Source: Ostrea edulis (taxonomy: Eukaryota). From it: a DNA stretch of 64,000 nucleotides. How positions within the stretch are numbered: the stretch's first letter is position 1; every line of letters starts with the position of its first letter. The DNA is taken from contig NC_079165.1 of NCBI RefSeq assembly GCF_947568905.1, positions 80,848,001-80,912,000 on the forward strand. Reading direction: 5' to 3'. The position numbers were made by a program, and so were the translations under genes. Below are positions 38,335 to 51,268 of the stretch, piece by piece. A model generated the notes under the pieces. The model saw nothing but the letters and a program-made list of their open reading frames with translations, did no database searches and was not told the DNA's origin.

Positions 38335-41300
38335 CTATCTTCTCTGTCGTCTTCTAAGAAGTATTTTCTCTAATCCCATCATCGGAGCCTCGAATGCAAC
38401 TGAGGCCACAAAGGCTGTCATAGTAGACAGAACAAGATGGCCAAGGAATAGATAGATCTGAAATGTATAGAAGGGAATATGTTCCAAACAACCAGAGACG
38501 AATCAATACATCAATTCTTACAATGATAAAAGGAATGTATCTATTCTCATTTATGAAGAGAACTCACCGCGTTGATGTCATCCATATAAAATTCTGTACG
38601 TTGGCTATATATAAAAGCATACATCACAGTGGCGTGAGTCAGATAGATGCAATACGAGAGTCGAGCTAGTGGAACAAATGGAGACCACGACAACAGGGTA
38701 TTGACGAATCCTTTACAAAGTAAGAAAACATAATAATAAAAACGGAATGTCTACAGCAGGGTGTTCGGACACTTCTTGGTCTTCTCTAAGTAATTTTTGT
38801 TTTCAATGTGGTCCTTAATTTGAGATATTTCAAATAATGAAACACATGTATTCGATAAGAAAATATAACAACTCCGAAATCGACTGTATCTGAACATTAC
38901 CGCCATTTCCAGTAGCACAGGCAAATATAACCCAGCATACGCATGCTCCCCATACAATCTTATGAGTGGCATTGTAGAGAGCTGACACATCACGATTAAG
39001 GATATCATCCGGATGGGAGATAGGATCATGGAGTCCGTACAGGACTACGATAGCCAGAGTGGCGAAGATTAACCACAAGAGCAGATTCAAGAACTACGAA
39101 ATAGAAAACTAACTTATCATAAGAACATAAAGGATGCACCACATGACTGATGAAAAGGTGAAGATAACAGACAGTGATCAGTCTCATATAAGGCGGTTTA
39201 CACTATAGAAATGCTGGTCCTGATACTCTTTTCACAAACCCGTGGCCTACTGTGCACGGGTTTAGAGGAATATGGTATTAGAAACCTTTGTTTAGCTAAG
39301 AACATGTTGAAGGTAATGATTAGTAACTGTCTATCGATATATTTAGACTGAATGTATGTACTGCCATTAAATGCTATAACATTATCTCCTTCTTCATCCT
39401 TCATTATTCCGGTAATAACATATATCAATTCGTCTGATGACCCTAACCCTGTGATTCTAATTCCATCTTAAGGTCAAAGATTTAAATTGAATTAAACAAA
39501 ATACCTTATTGATCTTCACTTTACAGTCTGTTTTGTATAATAATGATCCAACAATGATTCCGACAATATAGGGTCCTATCCTACAGTAGGGTCTGATGTA
39601 GTAGTTATTGAAGTAATCTGCTCTTCCTCTGTAAATAATTCAGACATTGCTCTGTAAGAAACAGGAATTATTCTAATATTCAAACTCTTTATTCAATAGA
39701 ATACCTACTGTTCCGATCCTCCGCCGCCAAACGTTGATGGTGGAAGATCCAAGACGTTTGAGATAACCCCTGGTGTTATAGCAGATCCGAGCAGCCAAAC
39801 AAAACAGATGCCTATTCCTACTGGATAAAAGCTGGGAGAAAAATAAATTCAAATACATGAAGTTGTAGTTATTTTCTAATCTACCGATTGGTATCAATGT
39901 AACTTGCATGATAATGGGCTTTCGGGGAAGAACAACTTACAAATACAACGGCACAAGCATAAGTGGACTTAATATGAAGAACTGCATATCGTTTGCAAGG
40001 TACCAGGAAACTCCAAAGCACTGAAAATGACAAGGTTGTTTGTTGTTTTGAGTTCAGCGTTCCATCAAGAATTTTCAATTCAAAGAGACATTTCAAAGTG
40101 TATTATATAACTACAAATACAGGAAATAAAGATTTTCAATCACATATTCCTTAAAATTGAGGAATATTAAAAAACTGTAAGATGGCCGAAAATGCATGTT
40201 TCTTTTAATCTCGTCGTACACTAAGATTAGAAATTTCACTGTATATTACCCTGCCATGTATCATACAAGTGACTACTAAAATTAAATTTTAAGAGTTATG
40301 TTTCTTGTATTGACTGCCAAGATTTTATGCATTTTTAGTAAACCGAATATGGTGTGGCTGGAATTTAAATTAAAATTTACGTTAATCTAATCCCATTACC
40401 TGATCGTCATTGAATAAATTATTGATGTAAAGAAGATTTCTCCACCACGTGTCTTTACAAAAGTTTCTCTCGAACCCGTCCTTAGGCCACACTGGCCCAT
40501 CTCCAAAGTACCGTCCAAGACAGGCACTGATCATCAGTACAATCATGTACACGGGAGTTAATCTACAACGATCACAAATTCATTAGTGGTAACAGATATA
40601 TCTCAATAAATTGTTAGATGATATCTGTTGCTTTCTTCTGAAGATCAAATGTGTTGTCAGTTATTTAAATATTGAAAGAAAACAGCCTTGACATTTCACA
40701 TACCTCTTTTCCACATTAGATTTGATGATCATTTCATTGATTGAGTATACCATCGCAATTGTATGCACATGTACATGTATATTTGATTAGTTTGGACTGA
40801 TTTACTTTACGTTGTATTATTAGGATTACCAAAAGTACTTGCTATTGTATTTCACCTGTATTGTGATTGTTACAGTAAACAATCACTTATGATTTCAAAT
40901 AATCGATAAGAAATTTGGGATTTGCCAATTGAAGCATTAACACAGATATGACATGTAATTTTGTGTACCAATATGTCTGAACTCTTAGACTTTTTAAAGA
41001 ATCTAAAATTGATATTCATAATGTATACAAATGTTCATTTTATTCAGGTGTAAAATATCACAGAGTGATATAATTGTAAATTAAAAATAGCAAATTGAAG
41101 CTTGACACATTCTGTTATACCATACAATTATAACAATTAAAAATACATAATATAGCCTATAATGATATGATGGTTTAAGGATAACCCATAAAAGTTGAAA
41201 TTACATATAATTTATTTCCAATGAGGTCCTTATAACTCTTATGAACAGAATATGTTTTTAAAAATCAATCCATCAAAATCTGTGAATATATAAATACCTC

Positions 41301-44300
41301 CAAAATCTGTGGAAATAGAACATGAACCAATTGATCCTGAAAGTCCCCTTCCCTTTCTTCATTTCCTTCAGTGTCAGGTAGGAAAGCAGCAGGCCACTGA
41401 ATAGGGAAAAACTAAATCAGGAGATATATCCTAGTGAGACTAAAAAACCCACAAAACTCATATTCAAAGTATGAGATTCTAAAATATGTACCTTACAAAA
41501 TAATGAAAGATATATTTTTTTAAAAACCCAGATTCTCATATCCTTCACATTTAACAAATGATCTTTAGGGAGTTTATGGGTTATAATCTGACTCGGAGTA
41601 ATAAAAAATTGTTGCAAAATATGGGCCCATGGAATAGAAATTTGTCACATGACAAGTCGAATCCCCTTTCAATATATCAGCTTCTCCATTCTCAACTTCC
41701 ATTATTCATGCAACAATATTCCATTATCATTATGGTGTTTATGTCTCTCAAACTGATTCGATACGCAAAAGCTTGTTCTGTTAAATTGAGGCATATTACT
41801 GACAAACAAGTTGATGTTACAGGGGTTTCAACAGTCTTCTTTAAAGTCAGCATTCCGCAAATTATATGGACGTTAAAATGATTTGTTTTACCAATACAAC
41901 CTGCCATTGGGCCAAATGCTGTCTGACGTGTTTGATACCAATAGATTTGTTAGGCCGTTCTTTACACATTGATTTTGACTGTGAATTACTCAGTTTACCT
42001 GATCAAAATATAGGGCTCACAGCGGGTGTGACCGGTCGACTTACTCCCCCTAGGCACCTGATCCCACCCATGGTATGTCCAGGGGTCCATGTGCCCGATT
42101 CCTAATTTTGTATTCCTTATGGGGGTTATGAGATTAATCACTGTTCGTTATCTTCATCTTTTCACGAAAAATCTAATTTTTGCAGTTGCTGAGTAAAGTG
42201 TGATGGAAGCGGAATTATTTGTGACATATGCCTTCCTGATTGTCAGGTAGTAAACAATTGTTGAGTGTAAAAACATGTCACATAGTCTAATATCAAAGGT
42301 CTCCATTATGACCAGAAATGCGACCAAAATTTGACTTTGTTGCTTGGCATCTTTCTTCCTACATGACTTAGAACTGATCAAGAATCAGAATATAGACGGA
42401 AACCATTATCTGTAATATTGCAACAAGAAAAGATTTGACAGACGGACGGACGGACTGAAAGACATAGGTAAACCAGTTTGTATACCTCCTTGAAGATGGG
42501 GTATAAATATCAACCTAAGAAAGTTCAATTCATAGTGCATAAGTCATGACGCATTGTATGCTGGACATTGATCTTGGGCAGAAGGTAAAGGCTTATGAGC
42601 ACTAACCTTAAAGCAAAGAAAGAATCTACCGAAACCAGAGCATTGATGACAGCTTGAAAGGACCAGCGTTTGGATAACATTGCATATCCAGAATAGGAGT
42701 TGCCTTTAATTCAAAGTAAGAGAACGAAATATTAAAATCTGTCTATCACAGATATAAAAGATGATTAATCATTAATTTTTTGAATATTCAAAAACAAGCT
42801 CAAGTACAGCGCAAATTTTCTAACAATCTGAAATTCCATACTCATTTCCCCCATAATGAATGCGTAAGAGTGTCCGAGAACGACCCAGGAGATGCTGAGG
42901 AACCGTATCCCATTCAATGCAGTCAGTGTTCCCGCGGACTGATTCACTTGGAGAAGCTTCTTCCCATTGGTGTAAGCAGAAAACGAAAGCAGCAACTTTT
43001 CCAGTATTGCTATGAAAGGTAGTTCAAAGATAAAATATTTTACTTTAATCTTGAAGTGATGTACAGCTTTTCTGTATTTGTTACATAAAACATATTTTAC
43101 TCTGCAAATAATTGTCATATCATGATTTACTCACATTCTTCCTTTTTTATCATATTTGCCTTTTCATCCATCAGTAGGGGAGTTTTCTCGCCAGTCGAGA
43201 TTTCTACTGATTGATCGGGCACGGTCTTCATTGAACTACGATCAGTGCGAGACAACAACTGCTTCACAACGTCATACGTTGTGCTTATCAATATCAAAGC
43301 GGCAAACACTCCAAGTATGGAGCTGAAAATAGAGATCAAGAGTGTGGATGAAAGGTGAAGATAACGAACAGTGATCAACCTCATAACTCCCATAAGCAAT
43401 ACAAAATAGAGAGTTAGGCAAACACGGACCCCTGGACACACCAGAGGTTGAATATCAATCAGCATAATGGAATGAAGCAGGAAATAATGACAAATAATTC
43501 CATCGATGTTTATGATAAGCCATTCAACCTTTTTTCTAGGAACCAGTGTGGACACTAAATGCTAGTCTCCTCGTCTAATGATAATTCTATAATTACGTCT
43601 AACAGTGGATATTTTGCTTTCTTTAACTTTTACATAAGAACTGATGCATGCACTTACATGGCAACAATGGCTCTTGTGTCGATTTCGGGTTTCTCTGGAC
43701 AATACACATAGGAAGCGTAGATTGGATTGGACGTGGGTATCACACTTTGTACAATACCCAATACTGTCATGAATAGTGGTCAATGAAAATCGTAAAAAGT
43801 TTTGATGATAATTTCAAGTAATGCATAATCAATAGATAAGAGAGAAAAAAGCATCTTAGAACAAAGCTTTTCTTTTTTATATTTTTGTGCAGATATTTAC
43901 GTTACCGTTGTTAAGTACTAATGTGTAGATACTTATCTTTTTTAAATACTGTCGTGTAGATACTTTACTTTTGCCATCTATTGTCTTGCAGATACTTATT
44001 TTACTTTTGTTCAATAGTGTCATGTACTTTTGTACGTATTGTTGTGAATTGAAGATGCATACATAACTTTTGTTAAGTACTAGTACTTTACTTACATTCG
44101 TTGTATAATTCCATCAAGTCTCTCTGTGAACATGCTTTGGGTGCACACAGGCCAATATCTGTCTGTAAAAAGGTTTTACATTGTTTGTCCTTAGTTTACA
44201 AAACATATTCGATATTGTTCCTTCTGATTAATACCTACCTCTAAAGGAATATACGCCAGTTTTAAAGGTATGTGAGCAAAACAGAATTGTGTCTCAATCG

Positions 44301-44867
44301 AACTGATGTTGAAATGCTTCACTGGAACTTCCAAATTAAAGCACTCATCATAGGATCCCAGCCATTTAGTGTTGCCATCTAAAACTCCAGATTCAATTTT
44401 GGCGGAAGAGTCAATCACTGAAAAGAAAATATATCTCAAAGGTACAGTCATCGGATATTCTTCCCAGGAGGACTGACATCGACATTGAACTAATATTTCT
44501 TATAAGTATACCTACTTTTGAGAGCCCAGTACTCATTCGCCCTCAGTGCTGTGAACGCGCGATTCCAGTGATCTCGACAGGTTTCCGACACGTTATATTT
44601 GTCAGCGAATAGAACAGATCCGTCTTCTGCTGATGATTTCAAAGTGTCACCATTAGAATCTGCTAAGGATTTTAGGAAATTGACATCATGTACTTGATTA
44701 ACAACAGACTTCAGCTCTAGCAGCCGGTTTGTGACGTTACTTAGGGGTTTTGGATTTAACAATCTGACGTCGAACGATATGAGGTCTTCATAAGATGGAA
44801 ACTGTATATCGGCATCACAAATTGCACAAAACGCTACAAAAACAGCGCCAAAACCGAACATCCGCAT
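38335..44867 (-). CDS. nrf-6: Nose resistant to fluoxetine protein 6-like (NRF domain + acyltransferase-3), paralog A, 15 exons, 734 aa
   Basis: Exons (minus): 44867-44516, 44417-44239, 44162-44096, 43763-43658, 43322-43135, 43009-42842, 42703-42607, 41396-41298, 40562-40400, 40020-39941, 39831-39709, 39628-39505, 39093-38901, 38710-38568, 38457-38335. All GT-AG, 2205 nt in frame. Signal-peptide-like N-terminus. Motifs WALKMIDS..K..SG.L.GN..WLGSYDEC, LNGIRFLSISWVVLGH, SVDSFF.LSGLL, HRFWRLTP, SWYLANDMQF, YIRPYCRIGPY, PLARLSYCIYL.H, FEAPMM.LEK. Confidence 0.92.
41663..42166 (+). mobile_element. Naiad-like Penelope element 3' fragment in NRF-6 intron 7
   Basis: Degenerate thumb-coding remnant (LIRYAKACS) plus the complete shared 3' terminus. 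Confidence 0.72.
43349..43448 (-). mobile_element. Naiad-like 3' terminal fragment in NRF-6 intron 4, next to the acceptor
   Basis: AGGTGAAGATAACGAACAGTGATC...GGACACACCAGAGG. Confidence 0.72.
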
Positions 44868-45765
44868 GTTTAAAGATACAAACAGTATGTTGGCTTAGAT
44901 ATATTGCACATAAGCTGCGTACAGTATTGCTGTGAATATCGAGAACGTTGATTTTGTTATCTCATTGTTATCCCTGTCAGATAAAGATGCAAAGACCACC
45001 CAATCTGTATACGAATATGTATGTGTGTATTTTCTATATATGGACATGTCATAGTGAATACAAAATGAAAATCAGTTATGAAAGTTAAGCCACTGGCTTT
45101 ACCAATCATTCCATTGGTTAGTATATTGGTTACGTCACCTGACGTATTCAAGACCGTCTTTGGGCAGTTGTAGCATGAATCACAGCAAACATTGTACTTT
45201 GTTTATTCCCGAGAAAAACACGAAGTAAAAAGGAAATAATGTAAATGCAATGAGCGATGAATTGCTCAATCAGAATGAAAGAGAAATTGGATATACCGAC
45301 TCAATGACCCCGCATCGCATCAATCAGAAATGATCATCCCGTGGTGTTAGCAGTTGAAGTGATTACTATCTTGGTTTTATAAAATAGAAATAGTTGGTTA
45401 TAAGAACTTCGTTTAGTAGCAGCGAAAGATCGACATACTTCTTTCTTTCTTTCTTTTTTTTTTTATGTAAAAATTCATTGTTTTGCTTTTGTTGTTGTTT
45501 TTTGGGGGGTGGGGGGGGGGGTGGGGGGGTTGGTGGGGTGTATGTTTTTTTTCCTTTTCCTTTTTTCTTCTTTTTTTAAATTTTCTTTCTTTCTTTTTTC
45601 TTTTTGGTTTGTTTGCTTTTTCGTAAACTTTTTAATTTTTATCTACTAACCTTTTTGAAGAACATCTACTTTATTACGTATTACTTTGCATTCTGGACAA
45701 GTAAGTCCAGGATTAGAATGAAGAAAACTTTGACAATGAAGAAATCGATTGAAATAATTTACATC

Positions 45766-45882
45766 TTTCGTAAACCATCCTCCAGGACACGTGATATTGT
45801 AGGTTTATCACTCAATTCGTCTTACATATTTCGTAAACCATCCTCCAGGACGTGATATTGTACGTTTATCACTCAATTCGTC
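45766..45882. repeat. Two-copy 63-bp direct repeat about 0.9 kb upstream of the NRF-6 start
   Basis: TTTCGTAAACCATCCTCCAGGAC(AC)GTGATATTGTA.GTTTATCACTCAATTCGTC at 45766 and 45829. Also present in copy 2. Confidence 0.9.
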
Positions 45883-46176
45883 CTTGAACTTATTTGTTTT
45901 CACGTAGTCGTCAGATATCAATGTACATGGTTTATATCCTCGAGATTAATCTTATATGTACTTACATTATACTTACTAGATATTTTTGAAAACATTTTAC
46001 AAAGTTTTACAATCTTTGTATCTAGGAGAAAATAGATTCAGGTACAGATATCACAAATCCTTGTAAGGAGTAAGATTGAAATGAAATTTTAATAGACACA
46101 TAGTTCATTTCCACATTCCAGATTAATTTCCTTACATTATCGTTAGATTTTGATATAACACTTAGTGTTTTAATAG

Positions 46177-46180
<4 letters not shown>

Positions 46181-46227
<47 letters not shown>
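46181..46227. repeat. (GA)23 microsatellite
   Basis: Direct reading. The copy-2 tract at 62682-62714 is (GA)16. Confidence 0.97.
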
Positions 46228-46228
<1 letters not shown>

Positions 46229-46800
46229 ACTAAATACCAACAACACTCCAAAGTGTCAGATCTTAATGTACGAGGTCAAATAAATAAGGATATATAAAGC
46301 GTAAAAAATGAACATCGCCACGTACAATATGAACTTCTCAAATTTTCGGGACGACCTACATGTATCCTTTCTTCAGGACAACAGAACATATACATATAAA
46401 TGAAAACTAGATAAATACAATAAGAATGCAAACACTCACTAAATTTAAACTACGAAAGCTGAGAACAAACATAATGTCTACATATTGAAATCATCGAGTG
46501 CAATATGGGGCAATAAAATAACGTCTGTTCTGAACGAGCTTCAATATTTATAATTCTATTGTACGATTCACTAAATATATATGTATATGTAGCTAAAATA
46601 TTTTTCTCAGTTTTCATATGAAAAGGATTAACAAGATAATTCAGAGAATCTATGCCCCTCCCCGTTTAAGGACAGAAAAAGGAGGAAAAGACCTATTCGG
46701 GACATTCAGATATCACAATCATGAAGTGTCTTCTTTATCTTATAGACTCATTGCCTTCAATTTCATTCCAAGAGCTCAAATAAGCCGATCATGTATTTGA

Positions 46801-47340
46801 TGAAAAGGTGAAGATAACCAACAGTGATCAATCTCATAATTCCTATAAGGAATACAATATAAAGAGTTGAGCAAACACGGACTCTTAGACACACCACATA
46901 CGGGGTGATATGCCTAGTAGGAGTAAGCATCCTCTGTCGACCGGTCACACCCACCGTGAGCCCTATGAAGGGTGAAGATAACGAACAGTGATCAATCTCA
47001 TACCTCCTATAAGCAATACGAAACAGAGAGTTGGGCAAACACGGAACCCTGGACACACCAGAGGTGGGATAAGGTGCCTAGGACTAAGCATCCCCTGTCG
47101 ACCGTTCACATCCACCGTGAGCCTAATATCTTGACCAGGTAAACGGAGTTATCCGTAGTCAAAATCAGTGTGCTAAGAACGATAACAATGGATTTGAAAC
47201 ACATCAGACAGCATTTGACCCAGTGATAAGTTGTATTGCCTCTACATCTTAATCAGATAAACGGAATAATTCCGTAGTCAAAATCAGTGTGTAAAGAATG
47301 GCCTAACAAATTAGTTTGAAACACGTCAGACAGCAGATGA
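46801..47340 (-). mobile_element. Partial tandem array of Naiad-like 3' ends (pseudo-LTR-like arrangement)
   Basis: Two successive termini (starting near 46801 and 46965) plus a third overlapping internal segment near 47245-47340. Confidence 0.72.
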
Positions 47341-47375
47341 TACATGAACTGGTTACATTGACATGTCAACATTTT

Positions 47376-47518
47376 NNNNNNNNNNNNNNNNNNNNNNNNN
47401 NNNNNNNNNNNNNNNNNNNNNNNNNNNNNNNNNNNNNNNNNNNNNNNNNNNNNNNNNNNNNNNNNNNNNNNNNNNNNNNNNNNNNNNNNNNNNNNNNNNN
47501 NNNNNNNNNNNNNNNNNN
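47376..47518. other. Run of 143 N
   Basis: Direct reading. Same flanks as the N run at 63863-63995. Confidence 0.99.
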
Positions 47519-47709
47519 TACTAAACGTTTCTTTTGTCATCATAAATCTTCCTTGTTCAAGTTGATGTCATAATGATTACTTCTGGTAGCAATGAAATAA
47601 ATTACATTAAATAAGAAAAATCATATCACTTATTGTTAAACAGTGTTATGAAAAACTTATCCTTCAATAAACGCAATGTTTCATACTCGTTCCACATTTT
47701 GTGAAAGAG

Positions 47710-48225
47710 TAAAAGTTTAAACTGTCCTTTGTCACATTCAGCAAAATGTTGACAGCACGAAGTAGTGCGGACTCGAATCTGCTGTTTGTGTACTCGAACT
47801 CGTGCGATCTGTCTTCCCGTTTGTCCAATGTAGAACTCTTTGCATGTGGGGCATATTGTTCAAAATATCAGGTTTTCACTTTTGCAATTCTTGTTGGCGT
47901 TCAATATACTAACAAGTTCCACATCGCGGATCTCCACATTTAGAAATAGGTTTTGTCTCTTTCTGTGAAATAAATGTGACCGTTGTTCAGATTCTTTTAA
48001 GGTTTGATGCTTGCCTATTGGTATTTACGATATCCGAGGTGCTGAACAAGTTTTTCAGATTATCAGATTGTTTTAAAATAGAGGGAAATACGTTTTGATG
48101 TTATAAGTTCTTGTGTTGTGAGTAATTATCACTGGAATTTTTCTTCACAAGTTGTCAGGTTTTTGTTGTGTTTTCATCAATTCTGACGTGGGGATGTTAC
48201 TTGCTTTTTTGAAACCAAAAATGTA
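47710..48225 (-). pseudogene. Penelope-like element linker + GIY-YIG endonuclease remnant (Neptune-like)
   Basis: Minus-strand peptides RQASNLKRI, KCGDPRCGTC (47912-47938), ICPTCKEFYIGQTG (YIG at 47824-47832), RVRVHKQQIR and CQHFAEC, with stops and frameshifts. Not covered by the ORF track. Confidence 0.8.
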
Positions 48226-48265
48226 CAGTCAACAACCAAAGATTCTTGATGATACGACCGTCCAA

Positions 48266-48375
48266 TATGTTTTGAGAAACTGGAAAAGATACCTCGATGG
48301 TTGTTTTATTCTTTTGGACTCTAGGTAAGGAAAGTTTACATAAATTTCATACTCTCTCGAACAATTTACACCAAT
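48266..48375 (+). pseudogene. Penelope-like RT catalytic-motif remnant, inverted relative to the adjacent GIY-YIG
   Basis: YVLRNWKRYLDGCFIL then, after a frameshift, WTLGKESLHKFHTLSNNLH. Matches the W.RY.DD.F..W pattern. Confidence 0.65.
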
Positions 48376-48610
48376 CGAGATATCTTTTCCAGTTTAATAT
48401 TATATATAAACTTAAATAAAAGTATCCACAATCAAATGGCCTTAGTTAAGTTTAGTTCAATTTCAATGATACATAAACTTATATTATTTGAAAAGTGGGA
48501 CATGGTCGACCTGGTGAGATATTAACGAAACCCTGCAGAATGTTTAACACCATATAACTTGATAATGCTGATCCTTGCATTAAAGACAAAGAATCTTAAT
48601 TCGTCTATCG

Positions 48611-49135
48611 TGAAAAGGTGAAGATAACGAACAGTAATCAATCTCATAACTTCTTTAAAGAATACAAAATAGAGAGTTGGGTAAACACAGATTCCTGGAC
48701 ACACCAGAGGTGGGATCAGGTGCCCAGGAGGAGTAAGCATCCCTTGTCGACATGTCACGCCTGCCGTGAGTCCTATATCTTGATCAGGTAAACGGAGTAG
48801 TCAGAATCAGTGTGGCAAGAACAGCATAACAATCGGTGTGAAACATGTCAGAAAGCATTTGACCTTATGACAGGTTGTAATGTCAAACTAGATCGTTATA
48901 ACGACCATAGATTTTGCGAAATACTTACTTTAAATGAGACTGCTGAAACCCCTATTACAACTTATTTGTCAGTAGCATGCCTCGATTTAAAAACTGATCA
49001 TATGCAGAACAGTCCCTTGCCTATCGAATCAGGGGAGAGGTATAAACACCATATGCAGGTAATAATGAAATATTGCAACATAGATATGGGAAGTTGGCGG
49101 TGGAGGAGCTGGAATTATCCTGTTTGTTATAAAGT
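48611..49135 (-). mobile_element. Naiad-like 3' fragment with degenerate thumb region
   Basis: Colinear with 12722-13280. Confidence 0.75.
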
Positions 49136-49522
49136 TTGTTTAACTTATCCGAATTTTTTTTTCACGTTCCAGGTAATTGTTAGTCAAAGCAATCATTGGC
49201 TCCTAAAACGTGGACATGAAAAGACAACATCACCGAAAAGATGAAAGAACAGATGAACCTCATTTATAATGAAAGGTATTCTTAATTGTTCTAAGTATGT
49301 TGTCTTTAGGTCAATAAAAATTCGACACCCCAAAACCAGAATGGTCCAATTTGTTGTAAAAAGCATGATTTAATTCAGATTACTTTTACCTCAGACAAAA
49401 GGGAAATTGAAACAAAATATTCACCTTATTGATAAATAAATAGTGCAGTTATGAATTTGTTTGGTTTGTTGATTTTTTCATAAGACATGGACAATAAGTG
49501 AGATGAATGCTATAGGGGTGTC

Positions 49523-49642
49523 TTCTTCTTATATTCTTATAAAGCAATCTTTATTCAAAAACATTTACGTGAGAAGAAAAAATATCTTGCCGTGGACTTC
49601 AATTTGACATTTCGATATATCGACGACGTTTTATCAAATTAG
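49523..49642 (+). pseudogene. Penelope-like RT core fragment with intact YIDD
   Basis: In-frame FLYSYKAIFIQKHLREKKKYLAVDFNLTFRYIDDVLSN*, with YIDD at 49616-49627. Confidence 0.75.
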
Positions 49643-50080
49643 CAATTATAATACCTGTGTGTAAGTTGTATCTTGCTGGTCAAAGTTAACCGCCTTGTCA
49701 TCTTACATGTACTACCATGTTTTATTTAGAGTCTTTATCATTTACTTTATAGCTTTTGTAGGTAATTCATTGTTATATTATCATTGGTTGTTAGCAGATA
49801 TACATATATTGAAAACGGTTCAGAGCATGGCTTGGACATTATCTAAGACAAATATATCATTTGTTACTCTTGTGTCAATGACGATTCATTGGAACATAAA
49901 GGATAAATTAAACGTGTTTTATCAGCTATCATCATTAACTACATGTAATAATGGGCTTTCAAGGAAGAATTGTACATTCAACGAAAGGTTTGTTGAATTT
50001 TATTATAATACATGTTACACTTCTATAAAACAAACTTGTCCACAGGAAAACCAACAGTAGTAATAGTTTATGAAAATAGA

Positions 50081-51226
50081 CTATCTTCTCTGTTGTCTTC
50101 TAAGAAGTATTTTCTCCAATCCCATCATCGGAGCCTCGAATGCAACTGAGACCACAAACGCCATAGCGGTGGACATTACGAGATGTCCCAGAAAGAGATA
50201 TATCTGAAAATGAATATTTGTCCAACGAAATCAATTTTCTACATAATGATGAACGGCCAACGATGACATTAATACTCAGAATGTTTCTCTTTATTGTTAA
50301 AGTCTTACAGTGTGGATATCATCCATGTTATAATGGGAACGTTGACTGCCAATGTAAACAAACATCACTATCGGGTGGATTAAGTAGATACAATACGAAA
50401 GTCGAGCCAGTGGTACAAATGGAGACCAAGACAGCAAAGTATTGATAAATCCTTGTACAAATAAATTAAAACATCTCCATAAAAAAAATATGAAGGGGGA
50501 AATATGACGGGTTCAGCTGATAGCTATCGCTTAATTATGAATAGGCATACCACCATTTCCGGTAGCACAGGCAAATATGACCCAACAGATGCATGCTCCC
50601 CAGACAATTTTATGGGTGGCGTTGTAGAAAGCGGATACACCTCGGTTGAGTGCCTCCTCTGGGTAGGCTATCGGCGTACGGAGTCCGTACAGGACAACGA
50701 TAGCCAGAACGACAAACATCAACCACAGCAGCACATTAAGGAGCTAGATGATAAAATGTTTGACTTTCTCTACGTACATTTAATGTTAAGGTTAATTTTT
50801 TTCAATCATTAAACACAGTGATATTACTTCTCCTAATAGCTCTCTTAACAAATTAAACAAACATTAAGTATGAATTGTTATTAAACATTACTTAAATACC
50901 TTGTTGATTTTTGCTTTACAGTCTGTTCTGTATAGAAACGACCCCACTATGATCCCGACAATATAGGGTCCTATCCTACAGTAGGGTCTGATGTAATAGT
51001 TATTGAAGTAATCTGCTCTTCCTCTGTAAATAATGCGTATAGATCCTTGTAATAAACCCATTAGAATTATAACACACGGCAGGTCTCTTCAGGAAACACT
51101 TACTGTTGCGATCCTCCTCCACCAAAGCTTGAGGGTGGAAGATCCAAAACGTTTGAGACAACCCCTGGTGTGATGGCAGATCCAAGCAACCACATGAAAC
51201 AGACGCCTATCCCTATAGAGTAATGG
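50081..51226 (-). pseudogene. nrf-6: NRF-6-like paralog B, last five exons only (5' part cut off by the duplication junction)
   Basis: Exons 51226-51104, 51023-50900, 50743-50551, 50451-50309, 50203-50081. Lengths 123/124/193/143/123 equal paralog A exons 11-15. Frames and splice sites are intact; introns are dissimilar to those of A. Confidence 0.88.
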
Positions 51227-51268
51227 CTGTGGGAGAAATGGTGGAACGAATCCGGATTTACCAATATA

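Noticed and set aside
39236-39263. 9-bp GC hairpin (AAACCCGTG/CACGGGTTT) as a terminator or Helitron end
   Set aside because: Intronic, with no downstream CTRR end or U-tract. Bacterial-type terminators do not apply here.
42154-42381. 75-aa minus-strand ORF inside NRF-6 as a candidate extra exon
   Set aside because: Exon 7 (42703-42607) joins exon 8 (41396) in frame to rebuild the conserved SVDSFFALSGLL, so no extra exon is needed.
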